Origin: Harriotta raleighana
Taxonomy: Eukaryota
Reading direction: 5' to 3'
DNA length: 64,000 nucleotides
Assembly: GCA_050575255.1 (NCBI GenBank)
Contig: JBNZDD010013610.1
Coordinates: 1,348,366 to 1,412,365, forward strand
The notes beneath the pieces are model-generated. The model did not search any database, was not told the DNA's origin, and saw nothing but the letters and a program-made list of their open reading frames with translations. Below, in pieces: positions 12,451-24,860 of this stretch (position 1 is the first letter of the stretch; every line of letters starts with the position of its first letter). A program made the translations under genes and the position numbers.

Positions 12451-14624
12451 GCGGGAGGAAAAAAAGGATATCCCATCTTTTATTGTAATCAAATTTATCT
12501 GGCATCTCTTACCCTTTTAAATTACTTATGCTACAGTCATCTGCCCCGCTGTTAGGTTTGAGTGAGTTTATTTATTTATTGTTCTAAGAGAGAGTTTGTG
12601 ACATGATGTCCGCGGTTTGTCCTAGGGGACCTGGAAAGGGAAAGCATCAGATATGTACTTCAAATCGCAAATTGTTAAGTTTACATCTTTTCTTTATATA
12701 TGAAAAAAACTATTTTCCTCTCAGAAAAGGCAACAAAGCAATGAGAAGGGGAGAACAAAATTTGTTGAAAGATGCAGCGTTCAAGCTTCTTTTTAATTTG
12801 TGTGACATTATCCTCATGGAAACTAAATCGGTAACTATACCCTTATATGCTTTCATCCCCCCCACCACCGCCCCCACCCCCACTCCCCCCCCACCTCTCA
12901 TTCCAAATGTATGAACTCTGACCTAAACCTATTAATTGCCCGGCTTGTTGCAGTGCGTATGCTCTAAGCGGTAAACAGCTGATTTCTTTTGTGTTTTCTG
13001 TCAAACAGGAAAAAAAAGGCAACAGATCAAACGTGTTCAAATTACAGGTATTTAACTTGTTACCTAAAAAAAACACTGGAGATCATTGTTTCTGGAATGT
13101 GTAGTCCAGAGCAAGTATTGATCCTAGCTCTTGTGTTATGGAGAGAGAAACCTGAAGTGTAGGAGAGTGAATGGGTAAACTCTCCCTTTTGTTTCCAACT
13201 ACACTGAATGTTTATTTTACACAACCTCCTCCCCTGCCCTCCCCACACCCACCCACCCACCCCACTCCCTTGAATGTCCTTGATCATTGTTAAAGTTTAG
13301 TATGAAGTGTGCCTTTTCAGGATTTCACTGTAACGCTTCCAGCCTGAAAACAGACTATTAAAACCGTAGGATCAATAAGACCAAAAGAGAGGATTTTTGG
13401 TGAAATTTAAATCAAATACAAACACACCAAAAAAAAACGAACGAAATAAAAGAAGTGCTTGTGGTAAAACAATTCTAAACACAGAAACACTGTTATATTA
13501 AGATTGAGTGAATACAATTCCAGTTTTAAACTCTTGATGTTGGCAGTTAGAATTGACCCGAGAGCAGACGTTTTTAGATTTTTTTTAAGCATTAAAAAAA
13601 GCAAATTATACCATGGTCATTCTTTTTCAAATTCTTTTTAATTCGAGATTCCTGTTTTGGAACAACGCAATTTATTGAAACCATATTTTCGTTACACTTT
13701 CCTTTTCCCAGCAATGCCTGCCCTTGGCAAGTAATTTGATTGATACAAAATTTCATACATTTTACAATCTGAATCTGGCACTGTCTGCTTTATATCGTTC
13801 TCAAATCTTTTCAGATTTTCCCCTTTTCAGTGATTTGCCCGGCACAGAAGCTAATTTGTTTAAAATCACAAGGGGAACGTTAAAAGCCCCTAAAATGCCA
13901 TACCGCTGAACAATAATTTAGCCCGGGTTTAAATGTGGACTACAGTGAGGTGCAACAAAGATAAATTAGTCTTTGTCATTTAACTAAAATGAAATATACT
14001 GATCAAAAATCCTAGTCTAATGAACACAGATGCATCTTTCAAATTACAGTATTTACAAAACACTAAGATTTCCTTTATTCTTCTGTAATTTAATATTTCT
14101 CTGTCGCTCAAAATGTATTGTTCAAAAATATTTGCCTATTGCAGATATCAGGAAAAGGCTATAAATAAGCCACCTATTATTTGACATCAACTAAATGTCT
14201 TCAGAAAATGTTTACTGTAGCACTATAATTGTAAAAATCCTACAGATTTGTTTTCACTCTTTTCACACTTTGATCTGATAGATTTGTGTTGTATTTAATT
14301 TTCACAATAAATTTTACACTGAAGAAAACCATATGCCCAAATCATAATGGGGAATTCACACTGTCATATTGTAAGACTTTTGGTTGAAGATTATATTTAA
14401 TTCAGACCTCCTCTTTTATTGGAGAAACTAATGTACTTTTTTAAAAAAAGGAGTTTTTCAGACCAAATGAGCTTGTCATTATAGAACAAATGCAGTAAAT
14501 GCACAGCAAAATTAAACAATTTCTGCAAATTAAACAGTTGCTCAACAAAAGAATAGTATTTTAAGTGTTCCTTTTATTAAAGTTATCAAGTGCAATTGGA
14601 ATCAATGCTTAAGCATCACCAAAA

Positions 14625-14712
14625 ATTCACCTGACAGTATATTCTGTGATGCACTTTGAGACTCTTCAAAGATGTAATAAGCGGCTATATCAAATGTAAG
14701 GATTATTATTAA
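14625..14712 (+). mobile_element. SINE 3' tail fragment
   Basis: CAGTATATTCTGTGATGCACTTTGAGAC...GCTATATCAAATGTAAGGATTATTATTA. Confidence 0.8.
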
Positions 14713-15024
14713 TATCAGTACAATTTTTTGTTTTTTATGGAAATTGTAAAATATAATTGATATACAGTTTACAAACAAGTGACTACATTTGATACACAAT
14801 ATAATTCACACGCTACTGTTTTGTATAACGTAATATTTTAAAACACAACATGGTGGTTCATTTAAATGAAATTGAAGAGATGTCTGGCTGAGAAATGCTT
14901 TAACCTGGCGCATTGCAGATTTATTTTAAGAGGCTCACGAAGCAAATGCACAACACAATCTGGGTTACATTAGTGGCTCGCGGCCTCTTACTGTGACCTG
15001 CTGTTAAATTGGATCAGACCTTAC

Positions 15025-15266
15025 CCAGAAGATGGTGCTAAATTTTCTGCTTTGATCCAAAGACTGACGGGGGTCTGGTTTTGGCGGGAACACCAGAGGA
15101 ATCCATTTTGTTCCCTTAGCCCTTTTTAACGCATGTGATGAATGAGTTACCATTTCTCTTCATTTTAGACCCGTTAAGATTTCTGTTTCCTTTCCGTTCA
15201 CCTCCTCACTCGGTGGCAGGTGGCTGCTACTTTGCTGTGTCCAAGGCCCGAACGGCACAGATATTT
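15025..15266 (-). other. Candidate non-coding (5'UTR-type) exon, 242 nt
   Basis: Minus-strand acceptor CTGCCTTAATTTTTGCAG| (AG at 15268-15267) and donor TGG|GTAAGG (GT at 15024-15023); more GC-rich than the flanks; stop codons in all three frames. Confidence 0.25.
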
Positions 15267-16970
15267 CTGCAAAAATTAAGGCAGGAGCCGGCTGAATTGA
15301 ATTGAGATTTATATCCTAAACAAAGCTGTACTGCCCTGTGAACGAAAATGTATAGGTGTAATGCACTTTGGGGGGAAATCACTTTCTTTAAGCTGTGACA
15401 CAGGAGTTGGCTGTAAAAGTATACAGATGAAAAATTGTCAATGGAAGGTAACCAGTAACTAATGCAATGGAGTTCTTGATGGATTGTATATGATACAATA
15501 TGATGATACAGTATAATAATACAGTACTGTATAATAATAGGATTTCAACAAAATAATTGTATTTAAAGATTTCAGTGCAATGGGGCTTGTGCGCTTCATT
15601 TGTTTGGCTGTTGATCGTGAATCTTACGACGAGTATTATTCAACCCACAATGTTAGGGGTGAAACCTTCACTACATGCGAAATTTAAAGTGGAGTTGTAG
15701 CTTATCCTGGAAGAAAAAGAATGTTAAAAAATGATTGGATTGTGTTCCATCAACACTTTGGAAAGGGAACAAAAGACTCATGTTTGATAGAATTTGCTAG
15801 TAGGAGGGTTGGTAATCATGTTTTTTTTTGTTTAATTGTGTTTGCTTTTCGTTTTGTTCCTTTAATGAAATAAATAATCCGCAAAGAAAATGTATTAAAT
15901 CACTGATAAATTAAAATGACCGTTCCCCAGAAAGCATTCAGAGGCTGAAAAAGAAAAAGCTTTTCATCTTCTGATTAAAAAGAAACAAATTGAACCACAC
16001 CAGAATTTCAGACAGCAAGTTTTATTAGAATAACATCTGCGTGGATGTTATCAATCCACTGCTGCTAACTTTTAATAAATGTCCTTGTGATTTTCTTCTT
16101 TTCAGCCTAAGTAAGTTTATCTTTCACTTTGTATTTCTACTTTGCATTTCATCCTTTCCATATGGATCGTGTTTAATACCCATAACCGTGGGATCATTCC
16201 ATTATTAACTATTAATTACCATTTTTTTAAAATGTCATAAATATTACTGAGAAACACTAATCAACTAAAAGTAGCTTGTGACGATCTCCAGCTTGGAAAA
16301 TGTCCAACAGCCCTGAAATAAATGTATTTGAAAAGTTTCATAGAATTTTGTTACCGTAAAAAGCAAAGTCAGAACTTCTGATCTAAAGTCAGAAGTTTAG
16401 TGGTTCTTTGGAAGTTTGAATCTTTCCCTTGTTAGTTCCTTCTCCAGCTCTGTTTCAACATAGTAAACTGGGTATATTACATAATTAGTACAGAAAATGT
16501 TTTGAAGTTCACTTCCTTGTTTGTCTTTGGGAAAGATCCTTGAACTAAAACATTAAGAGCATAAATTCATCATTATAATTTATTGTTCTGCAAAAGGAAT
16601 TGCATTCAGTTATTGTGGGTACTGTGTTATTTAAAATGTGACTTGGCTGACATTTCGGGCCAGCAGCTTGCTCAAAAGAAACAGCCTTACTTTCGAAATT
16701 GGTTGTCAATTTTTTATTATTCCACAGTTAACATCTTGAACCAGGGTAAAATATTGAAAAATGTATAAATTATTTTAATAGGCTTCATAAAAATATATTA
16801 CAGCTCATCTCCTCCTTACAGGAAAAAAAATAAATTGCATCAAAGGATTTGTAGCTTTGTGCTATGAATTTTATTTACTACATTGCGTTCTTTTTCCTTT
16901 TTATTTTGCATGTTTGCCAAGGTGAAGGACATTGGTGCTGGAGACTTCCTTCTTGCACCTACTTGCTTCT

Positions 16971-17290
16971 TATAATAATAATAATCCTTACAATTGATAT
17001 AGCACTTTCATATATTCTAGTCGTCTCAAAGCGCATCAAAGAATATACTGTAAAGTAAATTGACTATATATGTATATATGTGGGAGAAACACAGAAGCCA
17101 ATTGCTCACAGCAGTGTCCCATAAACAGTTGTGGATTGAAATGACCAATTTTATTATTGTTTTTTTTGGAGGGATTATTATTAGGTGTGTGGAGTAAGGA
17201 AACTTGCCCAAGGTTTCGCCCTGACTGGAATTGAACCCAGGGTCTCTCGCTTGTAAGGTGAGTGCTCCAATCACTGAGCTGTAAGACTCC
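16971..17290 (-). mobile_element. Full-length tRNA-derived SINE with DeuSINE/L2-type tail
   Basis: Minus strand reads GGAGTCTTACAGCTCAGTGATTGGAGCAC...CTGGGTTCAATTCCAG (A and B boxes); same body as 3612-3911; (TTA)n tail. Confidence 0.9.
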
Positions 17291-17424
17291 TTATACCCAC
17301 TAACTTGAAGAGGCATGTCCAGGGTGGGTCTCACACAGGCACTGTTCCTCATCAATACTCTCCTGACACTGTCCTTCAACCCCAAGTCAGAAGGGTACCA
17401 AGTAATGTACTCCATCACCATCCA

Positions 17425-17497
17425 TTTCCCGTCTAGAAGACATGAGAAGTGCTATATCAAATGCAAGGATTATTCGTCTTCTTATTATTATGATTAT
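17425..17497 (+). mobile_element. SINE 3' tail fragment
   Basis: GAGAAGTGCTATATCAAATGCAAGGATTATT. Confidence 0.75.
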
Positions 17498-19319
17498 CTT
17501 CTTTTTGAACTCTAGACCACCAATGCTCAATGCTTCAGATGCTCTTTATCAGTAGATAAAATCCCCAATGCTAGAAGAATATTGCGTTGGAACTGAAAAT
17601 ATTAAGAGCGCGTTTCAGAACACACTTAAGACCATGACATTAAATGACAATAACCAGTCGTTTATCAATCACTCCTTTCTTAACACTGCCTCCTGTTTCT
17701 CACATGCCATGCTTGCTCGCACTAAGTATTGTTCTGCAGCCTAGAGCATCTGCTCCCAGGCCTTTCAGTCCTGGTGTTGCTCTTGTTCTGCCCACAAGGA
17801 GATGCCTAAGAAATAGCTTAGGAAAATGAGCAATAGCCACTCATCTCCTTGGCACCACTGTACGAAACAGTGGCTCAGACAAGTTTCAGTCACTTGTCCT
17901 TTAATTGATGCTTATAAGTAGTACAGGAATCTGAAATAACGCCACAGTCATAGATAGGCATTAGAGCATTCCAAAGTTTATCCGTAGCTTTTTATTTTAA
18001 ACGTTTAAATGGCAATACAGTTCTAAATAGTCCCTTTGTGCACACATCTTGTTATTTCTGAAAAGATATCACCGACAACCAGCCAAACATGAAAGTCTTT
18101 AGTTGCTTGTCTCTTTGAAGTTCAGGGCTGCTCTGAGGGATTTGACGGAAAATCTGGACAATATTAATCAGTAATTGCATAATTCTTTCAGCTTGTCTGA
18201 GGGGACAGAGAAGTTTGATCAAATTCCTGGGAAAGAGGCAAAGCAGAAATCTTCGAACCAGCTTCTTGAGATGTTCTTCCATCACAGTGTCTGTGATTGG
18301 TGTGAGCTCTCAATGACTGTCTGTGATAATGATGGCTTCTCCAATGGTGTCCAGAAGTTTGTGAAACATTTTTTGTCACGGGCAAAATGAAACATGAAAC
18401 CACAGAACGGTGTGCACATTTCAGAAGCCACTCAAGTCACTTATTGCAGTCGTGCATATGGCATTTATTACATTTTCTTTTTCTTTCTTTAATTTAATGC
18501 CATGCACATATAGGGGTCAAATAAAGAATAAAGCAAATGTGTTTACATTTATAAAGATCTGTGTTGGTTCAGCATTAGTTATTGGAGGCCAACTATACCC
18601 ATTAGATAAACAATTCTGTTCAAATTTACAATTAAACCGTGAACGAGAGGGAATAAATGTTATGGTACGAGAGATGATACCAAAAGCTGTTAACATCGGA
18701 AAGCTTTAAATTCAGAAACTAACTCAGCAATTATCTTTGGCTAAGTCATTCGAAAGCTTTACTGTGTTGGAAGGGTTATCAGGCAAATTTCTGTCGGTTG
18801 ATGCAGCTGATAAACAGAAGGGTTTTTCCAGGCCCTGCTTGACCTAACATCCCTGATAACTTCACCAATAAACTGAATCTGATCTGTCTCAGGATTGTGC
18901 ATACTTGCAAGGTGTGTAAATGTTGCTGGAAAAAAGAATCCCATTTTTTTTAAGCACTGCCCTCTCGGAATCCCTCCAATGCACACATTCTCTTCCATAT
19001 TCAAAGCCTGCATCAAGACTTCCTTGTTGTCTATACTTTTGGTCATCTCCTAAAATACTGTAGGAGAGGGCTTCTTTCTCATAGTGCCATATACAGATTT
19101 TACAGCAGGTGGAAGACTGGCACAAAGCGAGATGTTTGCACAGAGTATAACACCAATGAAAGCTGAGCAGGTATTCAGACCCATAAAGTTTTATATTAGT
19201 CACCCATAGAGCAAGAACTATTGGGCAAAATGACCCTGTAAAAGTACTGAAGGAATACGGCTCTCTAACTAGACACGGGATCCTCATCCATAAAAGTCTG
19301 TCTTTAGTGTCAATAGATC

Positions 19320-19483
19320 TGCTCAAGGGTGATCTTAAATAAATTTGCAGGGACAAGTTTGCGGGGTTATGGGGAGAGAGCTGGGAAGTGGAATTGAGTT
19401 GAGTAGCTCTTTTCAATGAGCTGGTGCAGACTCGATGGGCTGAATGGCCTCCTTTTGTGCTGGAAAATTCTGTGAGTCCATGA
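19320..19483 (+). mobile_element. CR1 LINE 3' end (ORF2 terminus plus 3' UTR)
   Basis: GGTTATGGGGAGAGAGCTGGGAAGTGGAATTGA (GYGERAGKWN*), then GATGGGCTGAATGGCCTCCTTTTGTGC; matches the 3' UTR of the CR1 at 26805-27279. Confidence 0.85.
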
Positions 19484-19704
19484 AGTAGGTTTCATTATGT
19501 CCCTAAACTTCAGGGATCATTGTATGATGCATTATGAGGATGCAGTTGGATTGAAAGTTGTAGCCAGTTGTTTCCATCCACATGTGCGTCCCTCCATTTA
19601 ATTTGTTCAAACATTAAAAATGCCAAGACTGAGATGCAAATTAAAACAATTTCTATTTGAATGGAAATTTGCATTCTGTAATGGAAGTGTGCTGTTAGTA
19701 CTAC

Positions 19705-19835
19705 TGCTAATGATAATCTTTGCATTTGATATAACGTTTTATGACATCGTTGAAACCACTCGAAGGACTGCCAAGTGCAGTGACTGTATATTTGCAGGCT
19801 AATGTGGTAGCCAATTTGTGTCCTACAAACAGCCA
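19705..19835 (-). mobile_element. SINE 3' tail fragment (partly duplicated at 20836-20925)
   Basis: ATAATCTTTGCATTTGATATAACG...GTAGCCAATTTGTGTC. Confidence 0.7.
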
Positions 19836-21923
19836 TATTAGTGTCAGCTTCAGGTCAATGTTAATCTCTGCAATTGGATTTCTATTGAGTAAAATGCAGC
19901 AATATGGATTCACATAAATTTGCACTTATCATTCTGGGGGAGATATCACTGGACACTGGACTCAGTGGCATAACCTGACTTGCAATACAGTTGACAATGC
20001 TGACTACATCTGGTGCGTATTTCGCACCATGTTTTCCTAAAAGCATTCATCTTTTCCAGCGGGGATAACTGATGGGAAGAAAATGCAGTTTTGACTCTTG
20101 TCTCTCTTTTCCTGCAGCAATGCAGCAAGCACAACTGATGCAGGGGAAGTGAACAAATCGTTTTCTATGCCTCTCGTTTTATGGAGTGTAGAGATGAGAG
20201 AACTTGGTGGGAGGAAGGCCAGGAAGCAAGGAAGAAAGATTTGCACACAAAAAGGCCAAAAATGTGTTTTTTTCAAAAACTGCTACAGATTTAGCTTTCG
20301 GTTGTATGAGCCAGTTTTTTTTTAACTGTAATGTGCTTTTTTTAAAACCATGTATGGAAAACCATCATCTGTTAACACATATCCAGTGTTTTGTTTGAAA
20401 CTACTATACTATTGAGTATCTGGAATGCATAAAATAAGTATACAAACTGCTATATCTCCAACCTCTCAAACTAAAACCACCTGTTTGTCTGACACGTCCC
20501 CAAGGAATTCTTTCCTTAAATTTCAGGCACGTTCATATTTAATTGAGGTATTAAGAACTTAGTTTACACTGGACCCTTCGCAACTGACATGCACTGAAGG
20601 TAATGTGTTTTTTTTAACGGGATCTTCGTAAAGTCATTTTAAATTATGTTTACTACCGTATATACCTTCTTGAATCTGCCAAAGTGAAATATTGCACTGT
20701 AAAAAGAAAATTGAACAATGGAAGAAATATGTGGCCATAAATATTTTTAGAAGTGCCAATTTAACAAAACAAAACACCATGGATTTCAGTTACATCAACT
20801 GTTTTTGGACTACATAATTTTATGTCCTACGTTTNTCGTTGAAACCACTCGAAGGACTGCCAAGTGCAGTGACTGTATATTTGCAGGCTAATGTGGTAGC
20901 CAATTTGTGTCCTACAAACAGCCATATTAGTGTCAGCTTCAGGTCAATGTTAATCTCTGCAATTGGATTTCTATTGAGTAAAATGCAGCAATATGGATTC
21001 ACATAAATTTGCACTTATCATTCTGGGGGAGATATCACTGGACACTGGACTCAGTGGCATAACCTGACTTGCAATACAGTTGACAATGCTGACTACATCT
21101 GGTGCGTATTTCGCACCATGTTTTCCTAAAAGCATTCATCTTTTCCAGCGGGGATAACTGATGGGAAGAAAATGCAGTTTTGACTCTTGTCTCTCTTTTC
21201 CTGCAGCAATGCAGCAAGCACAACTGATGCAGGGGAAGTGAACAAATCGTTTTCTATGCCTCTCGTTTTATGGAGTGTAGAGATGAGAGAACTTGGTGGG
21301 AGGAAGGCCAGGAAGCAAGGAAGAAAGATTTGCACACAAAAAGGCCAAAAATGTGTTTTTTTCAAAAACTGCTACAGATTTAGCTTTCGGTTGTATGAGC
21401 CAGTTTTTTTTTAACTGTAATGTGCTTTTTTTAAAACCATGTATGGAAAACCATCATCTGTTAACACATATCCAGTGTTTTGTTTGAAACTACTATACTA
21501 TTGAGTATCTGGAATGCATAAAATAAGTATACAAACTGCTATATCTCCAACCTCTCAAACTAAAACCACCTGTTTGTCTGACACGTCCCCAAGGAATTCT
21601 TTCCTTAAATTTCAGGCACGTTCATATTTAATTGAGGTATTAAGAACTTAGTTTACACTGGACCCTTCGCAACTGACATGCACTGAAGGTAATGTGTTTT
21701 TTTTAACGGGATCTTCGTAAAGTCATTTTAAATTATGTTTACTACCGTATATACCTTCTTGAATCTGCCAAAGTGAAATATTGCACTGTAAAAAGAAAAT
21801 TGAACAATGGAAGAAATATGTGGCCATAAATATTTTTAGAAGTGCCAATTTAACAAAACAAAACACCATGGATTTCAGTTACATCAACTGTTTTTGGACT
21901 ACATAATTTTATGTCCTACGTTT
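19747..21923 (+). repeat. Apparently identical 1088-bp tandem duplication (19747-20834 and 20836-21923) separated by one N; probable assembly artefact
   Basis: Both copies start TCGTTGAAACCACTCG and end ATGTCCTACGTTT; the ORF track shows identical peptides offset by 1089 nt. Confidence 0.95.
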
Positions 21924-22047
21924 CCAATCGAACTAAATGTCCCATTAAAGAAAACCACAAAAAATGATTCTGGGTTTAGTGTGTTTTCTGACCACCGGCA
22001 GTAAAGCTCATCTTGTTTTTTCTTAAGGTTCAAAGAGCAAAGTCATC

Positions 22048-22160
22048 ATAATGATATTAATAATCCGCGCGTTTGATATAGCGCCTTATCACATTGCTGG
22101 GAAGACCCAAAGCGCTTCACAGGATATATTATACATGGACTGTGTATTTTTGCGGGTGAA
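22048..22160 (-). mobile_element. SINE 3' tail fragment
   Basis: TAATAATCCGCGCGTTTGATATAGCGCCTTATCACA...CAAAGCGCTTCACAGGATATA. Confidence 0.8.
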
Positions 22161-24042
22161 ACTGATTTTGTTTCAATACCATGTTATCTTGCGGATGTTA
22201 TTCAATGACTGGAGCAGTTTACAAACGTGGTGTCTAAGGAAGGGTTGCCTGTACTAACATTGTCACTCTGTACAGTAAAGTACTGCAGGATTGTCACATA
22301 AGAATGCTGCAGAATTATTGGAAAATTCTTAAATTTCAGGCTAAATTCGGACGTTCGCTCTTATTTAAGAACTGGCTTCTAAGTTAACACTGAATCGTAA
22401 GTATTTTCCACGGTTCTGAGCAACCTCTGGCTCTTAAAGTCGCAAGCAAACAAGTGGGACTTGAATAAGATAGATTAAGCAGTCAGGAATATAGTGCACT
22501 GGAAGACACCAGCACTTCTGCACAATTTGGGTGAATGCATGTGTGTAATTATTTAGAGTTTGTTCCTGAAAGCATTCTTTTGTGCTGGCTACACAGACGC
22601 TCCCTGTAGCTTGGCGATGGGGCTTGAAACATGCCCAATGCTGTCGCTTGCCAATAGGCCCCACTGTGGCTACAAATTCAGTGGTGTCTAGTGGCCCATA
22701 GGGGCACTTTCGCTGCATAAATACATTTCCCCTCGCTTTGCAGGCACTGCCCTGCTTTAATTTTTATAATTTCATTGAATCCATTTTCTTTTGACTACTA
22801 TTAAACCCTGCAAGCACCATCTCCCTGAAGACTGAACCTGGTTAATGTCCTCAGTAAAAGTTGTGGTGCTCAGTGTGATGGTGTAGCAAGAGTATGAATA
22901 AAGAGGCTAATATGGTACATTTTTATTTTTCTCAGTTTTATTTTCAGATTTCACCTTTGTTGTTTTTTAATGTTCTCAGCTGAGCTTGTTCCTTCTGCTA
23001 GAGTTTCAGCTGAATACATCATGAGAGGGGGTTTGAATGATTTGTTTCTTACGATATAAAACCAGTTCCTGGACCTATTTCTCTCTCTCTTTTTAAAAAA
23101 AAGGACATTGTGACATGAAAATACGCTTCTACCTGTTAAATCAGATCGTTCTATTCAGCACTGCAGTCATCGATCTTTAATCAAATCTCAGTAAGGCCAG
23201 CGGTGTTGCACATCTGTTCATTCTGCCAGTGAATTTGCAGCAGACTCCGTATCAATGCATCATGTTTGTAATGTCGCCAAACTTTAACGCATGCAATCTC
23301 TTGCTGCCGACTCAAGATGGAGGGCTTCCATTTAATGCAGTTGATGCAGAAAATGGCTGTGTGGTCAGATTATTACGAATATCACACTGAGTAAGCGCAT
23401 TGGACCTGCCTATGCTTCCTGCTGATTTATGCTCCCATTTCCCAAAGAATTAAAACAAATATAATTCAGCTTTGTGAAAAAATAAAACAATATTCTCCTT
23501 AGCGTGCGCTGTTGACTGTAAACTGCTTTTAGAAATCAAATCTTGTTCCCATTATTTGAATATTTGTGCCAGATCAATGCCCTTTACATTGCTGCCCTAC
23601 TAACAGATGCTCAATAAAATGTATTCACTTCAGCAAAATCAATTACATGGCTGTTAAAGCATATCTTTACACGTTGAGTTTTTGGTACATTGCAGATTTT
23701 ATATTCCTTCTTTCCTAAGAGTCTTAAACTCCCAACAAAAAAACAGTAAAAGATTTCTATTGATTGAGTAATGTACCTGCAGACTGTAGTCTCAGACAGT
23801 ATTCTCCTAAGCTGCATGCAGGGAGTGCTTAAGAAGAAAGTGCACCGAATACTTTTGACCTGTATGTGTGTGTACGAGTGTGTGAGTGAGACTTTGTGAG
23901 CATAAAAGATGCCCAAGAATTTATGTAAGAATATATAAAATGTGCACTCTTGTTTTGTTTGTAGAAACCCTGTGGTTGACGAGATTAGTTTCACTGATGT
24001 CTCATGCAGGGTTGTTAGTTTTAATGTCAACTGGGAGAAAAT

Positions 24043-24245
24043 GACTCAAAGGGGACCTTGCTGAGGTATATAAAATTTTAAATAGGATTGAAAAAGTAAA
24101 CCCGGATCGATACTTTAGGATGGATCAAGATGATAAAAAAAGAGGACGTAGGTTTAGAGTTGCAAAGAGAAATTTCAGGACAGATAACAGAAAGGTTTTC
24201 TTTACCCGGGAGGTAATTAATGACCGGAACAGGTTGCTAGGAAGT
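24043..24245 (+). mobile_element. CR1 LINE ORF2 C-terminal fragment
   Basis: Translates as LKGDLAEVYKILNRIEKVNPDRYFRMDQDDKKRGRRFRVAKRNFRTDNRKVFFTREVINDRNRL, homologous to the LRGDLIGVYKI...RRNFFTQRVVRIWNAL segment in 26892-27275. Confidence 0.85.
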
Positions 24246-24532
24246 TTGGCTGATCGGGCATTACCTCACCACAATTTTATTTCTGTGACTTTTGCATGAA
24301 TTACATTTTGGATTGTGGAAATGATTTTGTTTTCTGGTTCAGTTGACGTCAGCAAGGTGGTTCCAATAACTCGCTCCCGCTGATGTTACAGTCATTAATG
24401 GCAATAGGCTGTGTACAACTCTTACATATATAATTCAACTGCTTGTAAATCACAAGAAAATAGTTTCTGGTCAAGTTACTTCAGCAGGTTGTTGTAATAA
24501 ATAATGGATTCATAGCATATAAAGGTCGCCAG

Positions 24533-24860
24533 ATAATAATAATCATTGCATTTGACATTGTGCTTTCCACATCACGGCATGCTACAAATAGCCTTACAGG
24601 ATTTTACTGTAAATTGTAGTGACTGTGTGTTTTATAGGCAGAAGTGGCTGCCAATTTACAAACAGCAATGACCCACAAATAGTCGTGAAATGAATGACCA
24701 ATTTTACTTGTGGTGGAGAGGGTCTGGTGAGAGTTGGCTGGGGATACTGGAAAAAACTCTTCTCTTTTCCAACAATGCCATGGGATCTTTAATGTTTGTC
24801 TGAACAAGTTACAGACAGGACCTCGGGTTTAACACCTCAAAAGAACGGCATCTCCGATAG
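24533..24860 (-). mobile_element. DeuSINE-type element (Deu domain plus tail), 5'-truncated
   Basis: Tail ATAATAATCATTGCATTTGA, GGCTGCCAATTT, then TGCCATGGGATCTTTAATG...CCTCGGGTTTAAC...AAGAACGGCATCTCCG (reverse complement of the Deu domain). Confidence 0.8.

Noticed and set aside
18889-19416. 175-aa ORF, the longest non-gap ORF
   Set aside because: Starts inside the antisense strand of a CR1 3' end; no recognisable domain
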